Below, piece by piece: positions 12,391-24,635 of a stretch of DNA of 64,000 nucleotides (its first letter is position 1; each line of letters begins with the position of its first letter). The stretch is from Dimorphilus gyrociliatus (Eukaryota; Animalia; Annelida): the NCBI GenBank assembly GCA_904063045.1, contig CAJFCJ010000001.1, positions 124,001 to 188,000 of the forward strand, given 5' to 3'. Under the pieces are notes generated by a model. It was not told the DNA's origin, searched no databases, and was given only the letters and a program-made list of their open reading frames with translations. The translations under genes were made by a program, and so were the position numbers.

Positions 12391-15300
12391 AATTTATATA
12401 TGCATATGCATATGTCTAATATCAAAATTACAACATTTTCTCACTATTACTGGTCTATCAATCTTTTCACTAAACTGGATAATAGTTTGAATACTATTTA
12501 GTTAAAATCAATGAAATTGTTTCAACGATTTTTTAATGAAAAAAAAAAACATGTATTATTTCTCTGTAATAAAACTTTCAAGGTTCTACTGTTGAATTAA
12601 AAATATTCTATCAGCTTCCGTAAGACCTTGAAACTAATCAAGGACATGAGACTACGGGAACCAATTTACCAATTGCTGTTTCCACTGTAAGCTTTTTTTG
12701 CCAAGTGGTTGATAAATGACTTATTTATTGACTATACTGTACCATTACTTCATATTGTCATTAATAACTATTTACAATCTTGAAAAAAAGCTTTTACATG
12801 ATAATGTTAAATGATTTCTCAGTTTTTTCAGATAATTTATACAATAATTTTTCAGCTTTGTAGCTTGACGTCATTCGGAAATAATTTTACGTTTAGATAA
12901 ATTCTCTTTTACGCTTTAAACTTAAGATATTTCCAATATAATCAATCAACAGTTTTCTAAGAACATTTAATCGAAATTATCGAGCAAATTAACAGATGGC
13001 GTTAGGAAAACTAGTTATCTAGTATGCTTGCCTTATAGGTCATTGTTCTCTGGTTGTTAAGCCTGACTTACAATAGTTCTTTAATTACGAGCTGCTCCGT
13101 ATAATGGAAGCCTGGCAACGTGAACATTTGTGTTTTCTTTCAAACTGTGAAAAATATATTAATTTTAGTAGAAAAAGAAAAAATATATTTTTAAATCATA
13201 ATTGAAGAAAATTTTTATTCATGTCGATTTATCATGTCCCTAACGCTTCTTCTCGCTGTAAACCTATTAAGACTCAGAGTACATTACCTCCAATTCTAAG
13301 TTAATTTGAAATATAGTCTATATATATATACCATTTTTAGAGTACATACAGAAGAAAATACAGTATACGCTGTATCTGTAAGACGGATACTATATATAAA
13401 ATTTCTTCGTATATTTTATAACTATGCTCTATATACTGTACAGAATATATGAAAAAAAAAAGTAAGAGTTCCATAAAAATTCCATAAATGAAGATAGAAA
13501 TTTTATTTGTTTAATAAAGAAAGGTTTTATCATACTTTCTTTGCAGTACAACGAAAGATCAATGAAGAAGAAAGCTATTTTTATTGAATTTCACAAGCTT
13601 CTACTAGTATTCAAGTCCTGAGAAGAAAATATAAAATTCTTAAATAGTTGATATACAGTATATTTTTTAATCATTACTTTATTATTATATCATTTTATAT
13701 TATCGATAAATTGCCAAATTTCAAACATTTTGATAAATAAATGATAATAATACTACTGATTTTACAATTTATAATACTTGTTATAACAATAATTAAAAAT
13801 ATTTTAAATATATTAATTAATTAACCTAGTTTGTCCTTTTATTTTTTTCATATTATTCGATAAAATTTCTCGCTAAGAATTTAATATTTTACACGCTATT
13901 TCAAAGATCTCTTCTCGCTCTTCATCCTTTTAATTCTCTTTTCTATTAGTCATCTCATAATTATTCTATTAATATATACTTTTATCTCTTTTTTTGCTTT
14001 TTCTCTCTTCTGTTCCTTTCTCTTTTTCTTTCCTCTCTCTCTCTCTCTCTCTCTGTCTGCTTTACTTCTTTTCTCTCATACCCCCTCCTACTCTATTTTC
14101 CTATCTTAGATGTTCACTTTTTTCATGATTAATTCAATGTAGCTTTTACTCAATTATAAACACCTTTGTATAAAATACTTTTTTTTGTTAAATGTAATAA
14201 AAAAAAATCAGAGATATTAAAATGATAAAGAATTTTTAACTAAATCGTTATCTTTTGATCATTCACAGTGATAAGAAGAGTATGCATAGCTTCTTTTTTT
14301 TAAATAGACATTTTCACTGGTAATTTGAAAAGTTTCAATTAAGATATATGTTTTTTGTTTTCGATAACAAAATGACAAACTTAACAAATGAAAGTTATAC
14401 TATTTCACTATGTAGATAATTTACTAAAAATAACAATTATAGGGTAAAGCAGTGACTGCTTCAAACAGATGACAGATTATACCTATTACATAGATTTTAT
14501 ATATTTTATCCTATTTTTTTTTCAATTTTAGCCTATAAATCACATATTCATACTTTATATAATTTATTCATTTATTGATAAATTTTAGTCCAAGTTACAA
14601 TTAATAGTTTTTTATTATTATTAAAGTAATAATTATTATGATATCTGAAATTAGATATATATGTATATATATATATTCCTAAGGTGAGCTAAAGTCAGAG
14701 TACTTTTTAATTGATGACTAGTAAAAATAATTAAAGGTTTATACAAGTACAATACAAAATGAAAATACAGTATAAGGGTTGAACAAAGCATTTTTTGTTT
14801 TTATATTAAGTAACAAAAGTTTAAATGATAAAAAAATATGATATCTTGAAATTATTACATAACGTGTAAAAAATCGTTATTAGATTTTTAAATAATATTG
14901 ATGGTATTTTTATTTCTTTTATAAAAAATAAATAGAATACTCGCTGTATTTTTTCTTTACTTTTTACTTTCGTTTTACTGTTATTATCATTAATTATTAA
15001 ATAAGCATATAATTTTAGTAAATTGTCGTTTTGATAATTTATTCCTTATCTAAAATATCTGGTATACTAAAGAATTTTTGCAATTTAAGTCACAGTTTAT
15101 TTGTAATTTATCACTTTTTTGATCGTTTAAATGAAAATATGTTAGGTTTACTTACAAAATAAAGCGATACTTTAAATATCAGACGTCGATGTAATTGATA
15201 ATCTGAAACTTTCTTCCAATTTACTTATAGAGGATAAACATAGATGCCATTAGTTTACTTTTATGCTTGAAATTGGATACCAAGTTGCCTTCCAGCTGAA

Positions 15301-16426
15301 ACTAGTAGAAAAAAAACCAACCATTTGCACTCTACGTTTTATCAAAAATATTGATGGGATACTATAAATTTGTAGCTTATCAATAGAGCTCTTTGTTTTC
15401 ATAAATATATCATAAATACATAAAAACTGTTTTAGCCATATTTGATACAAATTCAGACAAATAAAGGATTCGTTGGAAAAGGGATGGACCATAACGAAAA
15501 GCAAATGTTTATTAATAGGCATTTGAAGCTCGAGTATTGAAAAGTAATAGAAAAAAGAAAGAAAGCAAAAGGTTACATACTAGAAGAGCTTTAACCGTTT
15601 TTCAGTGCTTAAAAATGGCTATACATATAATATATTTCTGTTATATATTCTCTTCTTGGAAAGTGATTCGTCCGCGAAAAACTTTAACGATTACGTAAAG
15701 GATACCATATGTTATTTTCTCAATATTATTTTATCTTTTGCGTGCTCTCCTCTTATCTTTTCTAGGGATAACTACACATTCTTTTGGAAGTGAGAAAAAA
15801 TACACCGGTCTAGTAACCTTCTAGTTATATTAATGATTCTTAGATGTTCACTCAGTGAACTTTTGCGTCAAGATTAATCGTTAGTAAAGTCAATGTCATA
15901 GTTTCATTACATGCACTCTCTGTTTCCACTCCCTTCGCCAATTTACCTTGAATATTAAAACTCGATAAGAAATATACAACCAACCGTAACAAGGTAAGTG
16001 TTCGAAATGGTTGTAACTTCAAACGAAATAAGATAAGGTCTAACTCTTAGTTCAAAGTAAGGCAAAAAGGAAAGGGATAGTAAAAATTTTTAGCTCGCAA
16101 TTAGTCTGTTATTAATTAGTAGCCGACATTAAAATGTATAACGTTACAGTGAGGGGAGGGGGGAAAAGACTAAATTTGTATAATCAAGCTATATTCTTAA
16201 CAAGGAACCTATATGTTATATAGGAGAAATTTACTAAATACAGAATAATCTTTAAGTGTAATAATCTTTTATTTCCTAATATGAAAAATATTCCGAAACT
16301 TATATAATATTTATATAAAAGAAATTAAATATATCCCTGATAAACGTAAAATACTTTTTTTATTTTTGATATTCAAAACAGACAAAATAAAACAACATCT
16401 CCTCAATAATCAACTGTCATACTTAC

Positions 16427-16474
<48 letters not shown>
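16427..16474. repeat. (TA)n microsatellite
   Basis: Direct sequence. Confidence 0.9.
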
Positions 16475-16476
<2 letters not shown>

Positions 16477-18387
16477 GCATTCTGTTTGAGTGATCCAGAT
16501 TTTTCATTTAATAAAACTATACATTAACTTCTGGAATCACTGGGCATAAATTTTTGTATTTCCATTCCAAATTCATTCAATTTTACACATATGCAATAAG
16601 ACAGTAGTAGGAAAAAATTGTTAATTACTTTTTTTTTTAAGAAAGAACAAAAAAGTTAAGACACTTTTTTCAACACTCTGCACGAATCCTGCAAGCTTTT
16701 TTTTAAAGATATAGAAAAAATATTTAAACGATATTTAAAGTTAGCGCACTCTCCTTTTCAGGTCAAGTATTTACAGGAAGTTATAAAAAATTTAAACGAA
16801 AAGTGACAAAGGAAGAACAACAAGTGCGCAAACGTTAAAGAGTTACGTCATTAAATATTTCTCCAAGAACATATATATATATATATAACATATATAGATA
16901 TATATGTACATATACATATACCATCATCTACAGATTTCGCCCCATCAAAAAACAATCTGTACAACTTATACAAACAGCACAGTCTCTTGTTTTTTCTTGT
17001 TTATACATAAACAATGAAGAATATGTAATACACAAAGGCCAAACGAAACATTAAACAGTTATCAATAAAGGAAGCAAGTGTTAAATAAAAAAGGTAAAAG
17101 CCAAAAAAAAAAAATAGAGAAAAAGAATTTAACAGAATATGCCAGTCTTTTTATATTTATCTTTTTTTTTTAAACACCAGCCTGTCCTTTAAATATTTGA
17201 GCAGAGATCAAAAGAATGCTGTATTTAAATTAATTTTTTTTACTTTTTGGGTGAAATAAATTTTTCAGTGCAGTGTTAAGCCGTTGCCTGTTAAATGAGA
17301 ATAACTTTTATAAGAAACATTTTACTACCTGAATTAGCATACGTTGTTAAAAGATTATTATTAAAAGAAGCAAAAAAAACCACCTATTTCTCTTAATTAT
17401 AGTTATTATTTTTTTTTGTAACTATTCAATAAATAATATATAAATGATAAATATAAATAAATAAATGCATATATATATATATATATATATATAATAAACT
17501 TAAAAATGATGCTATGAATGATTTTGGTGAGAAAAAAAACACGAAGTAAAAATTTTAATCTTTTCGTTAAAATGAAAAAGAGATAAAGAGAAAATCAGGA
17601 AAATATCATCTTCCGTATGTAGATATATACTTAATACATTGTATACATGTACATAAATATATATCTTTTAAAGTAAGTATTTATTCAAATTTTCTCTCTA
17701 AAGATGTAAATTATGTGCTCGAGTAAAGCAAATATCACAAGCAAATTAAATTTCATATATATATATATATATATACATATTTATATAAGCATGTATATAT
17801 ATATGTGTATATTATCAAGGCCTCTTTTTTTAAATGTTATATTTATATGCTGTTTTTCATTCAATGAAAAGACTTTCTAGAGAAAAAATAAAAGAGGAGA
17901 AAAAAGTAAAAAGATTTCAAAACTATCTTTTTTTTCTTTTATCTTAACTTTTTCTAATTTATTAAAGAAATATTACTTATTTTAATATTTTAATTAATTA
18001 ATTATTTGTTTTGTTTCGTTTGTCTCTTTAAGTAAAAAAAAATAAATAAATACTGCAGATATAAAAATCTTTCTCTTTTGTCATTCTGCGTGAATCACTT
18101 TAAAGTCAAGAACAAGGAAAAAAATTATTTCTTTTTTTTTTTTAAAGAAAAAATATAATAAAAATTATGGCAGAAAATAACAGAAAATTTTCATAAAAAT
18201 CATTATTTTGGTCTCTCTTTTATAGCATTCTAATGACGTGTCTCAATAAAAAATAATTTTTGCCAAATTCAAATGTTATGATTGTGATCAATATCAATAT
18301 CTTGAAAAAAGTATCAGATATAATGTATGTATACCCAACACCTAATTTACAAAATATGGCATGCGTTTAATAGTAATAATCAAAAAA

Positions 18388-18546
18388 ATATATATATATA
18401 AAATTATATATATTTTGGTTGGTCTGTATATACATACACACACATATATATATATATATACTATATATATATATATACAGTATATATATATATATATATA
18501 TATACTATATATATATATATACAGTATATATATATATATATATATT
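18388..18546. repeat. Compound (TA)n microsatellite with two TACAGTA interruptions
   Basis: Direct sequence. The unit CTATATATATATATATACAGTATATA... occurs twice. Confidence 0.9.
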
Positions 18547-18769
18547 TATGTAAATACATATGCAAAAATCTGCCTTTCTTCTCTTTCACTAAATAGACAG
18601 TCTTGACAAAAAAAATTGGTATTCCACCATACAACGTTTTCGTTTGAAAAAATAGAATAGGTAGTAGTTATTTGGTCATTACAGTCATTTTATGTAATAA
18701 AACAGTTTTAATATAGTTCAATCAATGAGCTTTGGAGCATTCCATGCAAATTGGGAAGCAGAATTCAGT

Positions 18770-21700
18770 TTATGATATTTTTTCATGAAAAATTTTTACT
18801 GCGTGTTTTTCGCAAAATAATGTTAAAGATGTTAGTAAAATGCATGCTAATAACAACGATGCTCGTCGATAGTAAGCAAGGACCGCATAAAATATTTACC
18901 GTTATGTCCGGAAGCTGGATCGAAGTTAAATTCGAGTGTTCCTTCCATATCCAATTCCTGATTGATTATTTCATCCAAATTACAGGACATATCGACATCA
19001 TTTGATATATCAATATCTTTCAAATCAGGCAAGGAATCGGGATGTTGAATTTGATTTGGAAATTCTTGTTTTATAGTTATCGGATACTGTCTTCCATTGT
19101 TCGGATCTTGAAATAAATCGAAATCGTTTACAGCATTCTGTTCCTGCTCAGAGAAGTGATAGATAGGTTCCTGTTTAATGGGAAAGCTATTCGGTTGCAC
19201 AGTGTATCCTGGATCAGAGAAATTTTGCATTTGCTGCTGCTGTAAATGCAGTTGAACCAATTGTGGATTTTTCGATAACAACGCTTCGCGCAACATAGAT
19301 ACCGTATTGTTAGGAACGTTCACCTGCGATTTTGTCAACGGGGATCTGTTTGGATTATTCATCTGCGATACATGGGGGTTCGGAGGAGATGGGGCGTCCA
19401 AAAGACTTTCCAAGAGAGATGGGCTCTTCTTATGATCCACAGTATCGTTGATACCGGAATAGTTGGGAGAGGTACCATCTGCAGATACGTTTAAACTTTG
19501 TCTTGGACTCGGTGTATTCAATCGACGTTGTAACGAATCCTGAACGCTAACGGACGCAAAACTCTGAGCCAAACTTTCTGAAAAATTTTCATTTTGAGCT
19601 GGCCAGTGAGAAGCTGTATCATCAAGTAAATCTTCTAAAACTGGAACCGGGGAGAGTTGATGCAGGCTACTTGTATTTGACCCAGACCTTTCACACAGTG
19701 GCTGTGGTGAAAGTTGGTAGTGTAAATCGTCCGTACTATTTGAAACTAAATCCCCTTTAGCCAAAGCGGCGGCTGTCCTTTTATATTCTGTACTCTTTTT
19801 AGCATTTCGCCTTTTGGCCATATATTTTTGGGTATCCATTGAAGACGCCCTGTCCCGGGGACGACGTTGGGCTTTGGATTGTTTAGCATCTGGATTGATA
19901 ATCCACCAAGATGATTTTCCAGTACTTTCATTCGGTACTCGTGAAAATCGAGTATGTAAGGACAAATTATGTCTGATAGAGTTCTGAAAAAAAGAGGATA
20001 GTATAACTAATGAAATTAATTGACAATATGTTTTTAAGCCTAATTTTTCCATTTAGTTATATCAGTTAAGTGGAAACTAAAATCAACATACGTCACAGAA
20101 GGATAATCCCTATTAACGGACGAATTTGTATACATTTTTTTTTTGAAATACTTTTCAGACAATTTCACAAGTAAATACTAATCTCCTACTCTTATTTCAG
20201 ATTCTAGGTCAAGATTGAAGCTATACATTTATGGACGATACAGTATAAAAGGAGGACATAATCCCTTATTAACTGGCTTTTAACAAAAAACATTGTATTT
20301 TAATTATTATAATTATAAATGTATACCAAACTATTGTAGATTAGTAAATGATGTCAAATTTATTGAGTTGAAAGATTTAGTGCACAGAATATAATAGATC
20401 GACACAAATTAGTTATTTAAAACTAAGTTTATAGAATATTGTTAATAGTTTATACTTTAATATATAATGTTTTCTTTCTATAAATTAGGAAAATTAATAA
20501 GAAATAATACGGCGTAGAGATAAGCACGATTTGTTATGAACCATTCGACCGTATGAAATTACTTTGCTTTAGCCGATAGCAACTATTTTTCCAAGTCTTC
20601 CACTGGCACATTTACAGAGAAATGTACGTGGGCGTTTATCGAATCTAAATCAGCCTAGCGTACAGGTCAGTTATAAATATTGGTGAAAAAAATCTTTATC
20701 GCGATGTTATTATCTAGAGTAAGATTTCCTTTATTTTAAGTAAATTCTATAGATATGATCAAATTCGGATGATAACGCTCTTAAAAATAATATTTTCTTC
20801 TTTAAAGTTACCAATTGACAACAAATTTTAGCTCTTTGTATCATGACATAACTTGTATCATACGGAAGTTTATTCAGCGTAATTCGACTAAAGAATAGTC
20901 AATATTATACAGGCCATTTATCAAACTACGCCGAAAAGTTGCTACATGTTCATATATCTCATTTCTAGGACATCTCGTTTTACTAGGATAATCAATAAAT
21001 TAAATTCTACAACAAACGATTTAGGAATGCAGCGCTTTTTTTATTATCGTTTTTTAAATAAAAGCATAGAAATATGTTACAATTTATAATTGAATTTAAT
21101 ACCTATTTCTGCTATTAATTATAAACTATCATTAAATTTAATTTAATTGGGAAAGAAAGAACATATCATGTTTGAATAATAATTCTTCTAATTTTCTATT
21201 AGAGGCCGGTCAAGAACCTTTCGTATGAGGTCATTCACATATGCAGACTTACAATGGCATTATATTAATCACACGCTTTTCTAGCAAGGGAGAATTCTCA
21301 ACAGGTTTTTTCCGTGAAATTTATCCTTTGTTAATTTTATTGTATACTGTTACTATTTTAACACAATAGACTAAGTGAAAACTATTTTTTTTTTACAGTT
21401 AGGTAGCAGTATACTATTTTTTGTAAAAACGAAAACATTGATGGATTCTAAGCTAAAATACAAAAATTCAATAAACTAACGTTAAAAGCATGATATCGGG
21501 ATACTTAAAAACACAATTTTCAATTATTGCAGGCGTTTTCTATTTTTGTCTTAAATATTTATTATTGTCATCTTATTACTATATGATAAAAATAGAAACT
21601 ACTAAAGATTTCCTCGGTGACACAGAGTCTAATGTTTATATAATACTTTATTACGTAATACTTTATTTACGAATACTATATATATATAAAGCATATTTGT

Positions 21701-24590
21701 AGTAAATATTCAGTAAATACCGCATATTTAGGTTGGGATTCTTTCTATTTGCATATTCATGTATATGTTCTTATAACGTATTTTATCGAGTTATACAAGA
21801 CCACAAAATATTAGTAAAATGTATAATTCTTCGCAACGCATTTGTATAGAATCGCAAACATAATAAGTATTCATTAAATGCCTTATTTATAACTCGATAT
21901 TTATCACTATAGATAAGCTGTTTTCTAATTACGTCATTATCTTGAAAATATTATTCACCTGGGCAATAATGCTAATAACAGTTTATATTATGTTTCTATA
22001 GAGGGTTAAATTATTTAGTTAACATAGGTTACAAAGCATATTTGAACAAGATTTTCCCCTAAAAAAAAAGACTAAAAATTTATGGATCGCAAAAGTAAAT
22101 AAATATTACGTATTTTTGTAAAAATTTTATTGGAAATCTACCTAGAATTCTACGAATTTTCCTAACAATATAGAGCAACCTACGTTATTTTTATTACTGA
22201 TCTATTTCGGTATTACAATATTAGTATTGACATTTAAATAAATAGAAGGGATGGTTTTGCTTATCTAATCAATTCTATTGCTAAATTATTAAGTATATGT
22301 TTCCATAACCCTATCATAAATAGGCCAATATTAATTAACATAATAGAGAAGAAATTAATCAATTAATCTTTGTAATTATCCTAGCAATATAAGTTCTTCG
22401 CGATAGCTTAAAAATCTAAATCAAAATATATCGTCTTCTATACGAAATGACCAGTGAAATTAAATGACATTTAGAACATAGTTGTACCATATTGTTATTA
22501 TCTATTCTTTCCTTTATATATTTTACTCTAAATTATTAATCTATATTTAGCAAATAGGTCGCAGAGTATTGTATAAAAGTCAATGCCCTTTTCCTCTCTT
22601 TTGTCTTAGCTTCTTGGATTAATAGATGCACTGTTAAATTTATTTATTTTTATTTATAAATATAAATAAATTTTGTTCCCTTTTAGCCTGTATTACTACA
22701 AACATTACCAACTACACGGAAACTGTTTAAATATATAAATAATACATAAGAAAAGAGTTAAGAGACAATTATAGAAACATTTCCTAGTCTCTCTCCAAAG
22801 CGAAATTGACAGGCAATTACATCATCTCTTCAATATTCACCTAGGTTTTGAAAGGACTAATCGTTTAAAATGCTTCGATAGAAGACAATCAAATGCTCAA
22901 TAATATCTCTATTCTAGGTATATGTATACAATACCAGGTGGTCTTTTTTTGTCTTATTTCTCATTTCTTTCTTTACCTTAGTTCTGTTGCTTGTACTCTG
23001 CGTGTTATTATCTGTCTATCTATCTATCTCTGTCTCTCTCTGCCTCTCTCTCTCTCTCTCTCTCACTCATATATATACAGTATATATATAAATATGTATA
23101 TAATATAAATACAGCATGTATTTTAACCTATTTGATATTGACATTGGTACAAATAAATAACATTTACTGCTTTCTTCTGTTGTAAATTTTGCAAAATTTG
23201 ATACCTTCTTTCATTTCTAGTATATAAACCCGAAAAAAATTATTAAGTACCAAAAATTCTAAGAATAAACAGTTAACTCTCCATCTCTCCATTTTAATAC
23301 GCTTTTTATGGTAAAATCGATACTCTATCCTTACAAATCAAACCAGTACACTAATTAAAAACATTAAATAAGATTATATATAAAAATTAATTAAGAATGA
23401 AGCAGGTATGCAAGTTTGCAAGCATCTAATCATGTTCTTTTCAAAGACAAAATAGAATGAACAACACTTGCATATATTTTGAACCATATTGAGAGCTGCC
23501 TATTGTTTTAAACGTCAGCCTATGTTACGAGTTTGTTAGATATTTACTACGCAAATTGTCCATACTACTTGCTTGTTTAACAAACAAGATCGGTTTTTTA
23601 CTTTTTAAATATAATCTCACTGTAAGTTTGCTTCAAATTGCGAGATTTTGCATACAAGTGCTAAATCAAATACATCGTTAATAAAAAGAAAGAAAGACCA
23701 AGTTGACTAAATATTAACGAATGTATTTTGAACTAATCCTTAATCCATAAATCTATACTGTTACAAAATATCAGCTAATCGCCGTAAACCGTTGCGAAAG
23801 CGTTGTTTACTATTGTTTACGCTATTGTTCACGCACTCATGAAAGGTCAATCACCGTGCGATTTAGAGCTTTCAATGCACTTAGCTGAAGTAAGTTCCTT
23901 AAAACGGCCTAAAAAAGTAATCTCGCCAGGTGGCGTTCTAACGAGTTTATATTCCAAGATAACAAAATATATTACGCAACGTGTAGAGGTCGATGAAAGT
24001 TCTATCGATATCATTCAGATTTGTTTAAAAATAATCCCACGATATGAAAGTATATGTGCTTGTAAGACAAGCGAACAGCATATTATTTTGCTGATTAAGC
24101 TAACTCTTTAACTGCGTATATGCATAAATATGGATCCTTTAAAGGTTTAATTTAATTTGGGAGAGAAACACGGGTATATCGGGATATCGTAAGCATAAAA
24201 CAAAAATATTCATAAATATAAAAATCTATTTAACTATACAGGAGGTGATATTTATAAGATATGATAAGAACATGTTGAAGTAGGTCAAGGTTTCTGTAGA
24301 TAGGTCTATACTTTTCGGTAAATTAATCTCTAAACGTATTGTTTTCTAGATTAGAACATTTGTTCATCGAATATGTAAATAATTATGGAAAATTTGGCGA
24401 CAGGCCAAAATATTATCAATCATTTTAATACCAAAAAATTATTCAATATGTACATAAACATGTAAAAAAGAAAAAAAAAACATTTAAGCACATAATAAAC
24501 CATAGGACAGATTAAATATGAATACACTGAGATTGTATAAGTAAGTGTAATTTGAATATGTGTAGCATATATATATATATTTATATACAG

Positions 24591-24635
<45 letters not shown>

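Noticed and set aside
15250-15793. ORFs and exon-like pieces at 15.2-15.8 kb; also 9.3-9.5 kb, 11.4-11.6 kb and 12.6-12.7 kb
   Set aside because: I could not join them into a consistent reading frame or recognise a family. RNA-seq would be needed.
18361-18606. 81-aa Ile/Tyr-rich ORF; likewise 22893-23185 and 11856-12068
   Set aside because: These are translations of (TA)n or (CT)n microsatellites and AT-rich DNA, with no domain signal.
19984-20052. In-frame ATG upstream of FoxO exon 2 ([11 protein letters not shown]...) as a daf-16b-like alternative N-terminus
   Set aside because: It is intron and polypyrimidine sequence with no forkhead helix similarity. I found no alternative forkhead half-exon in intron 1.
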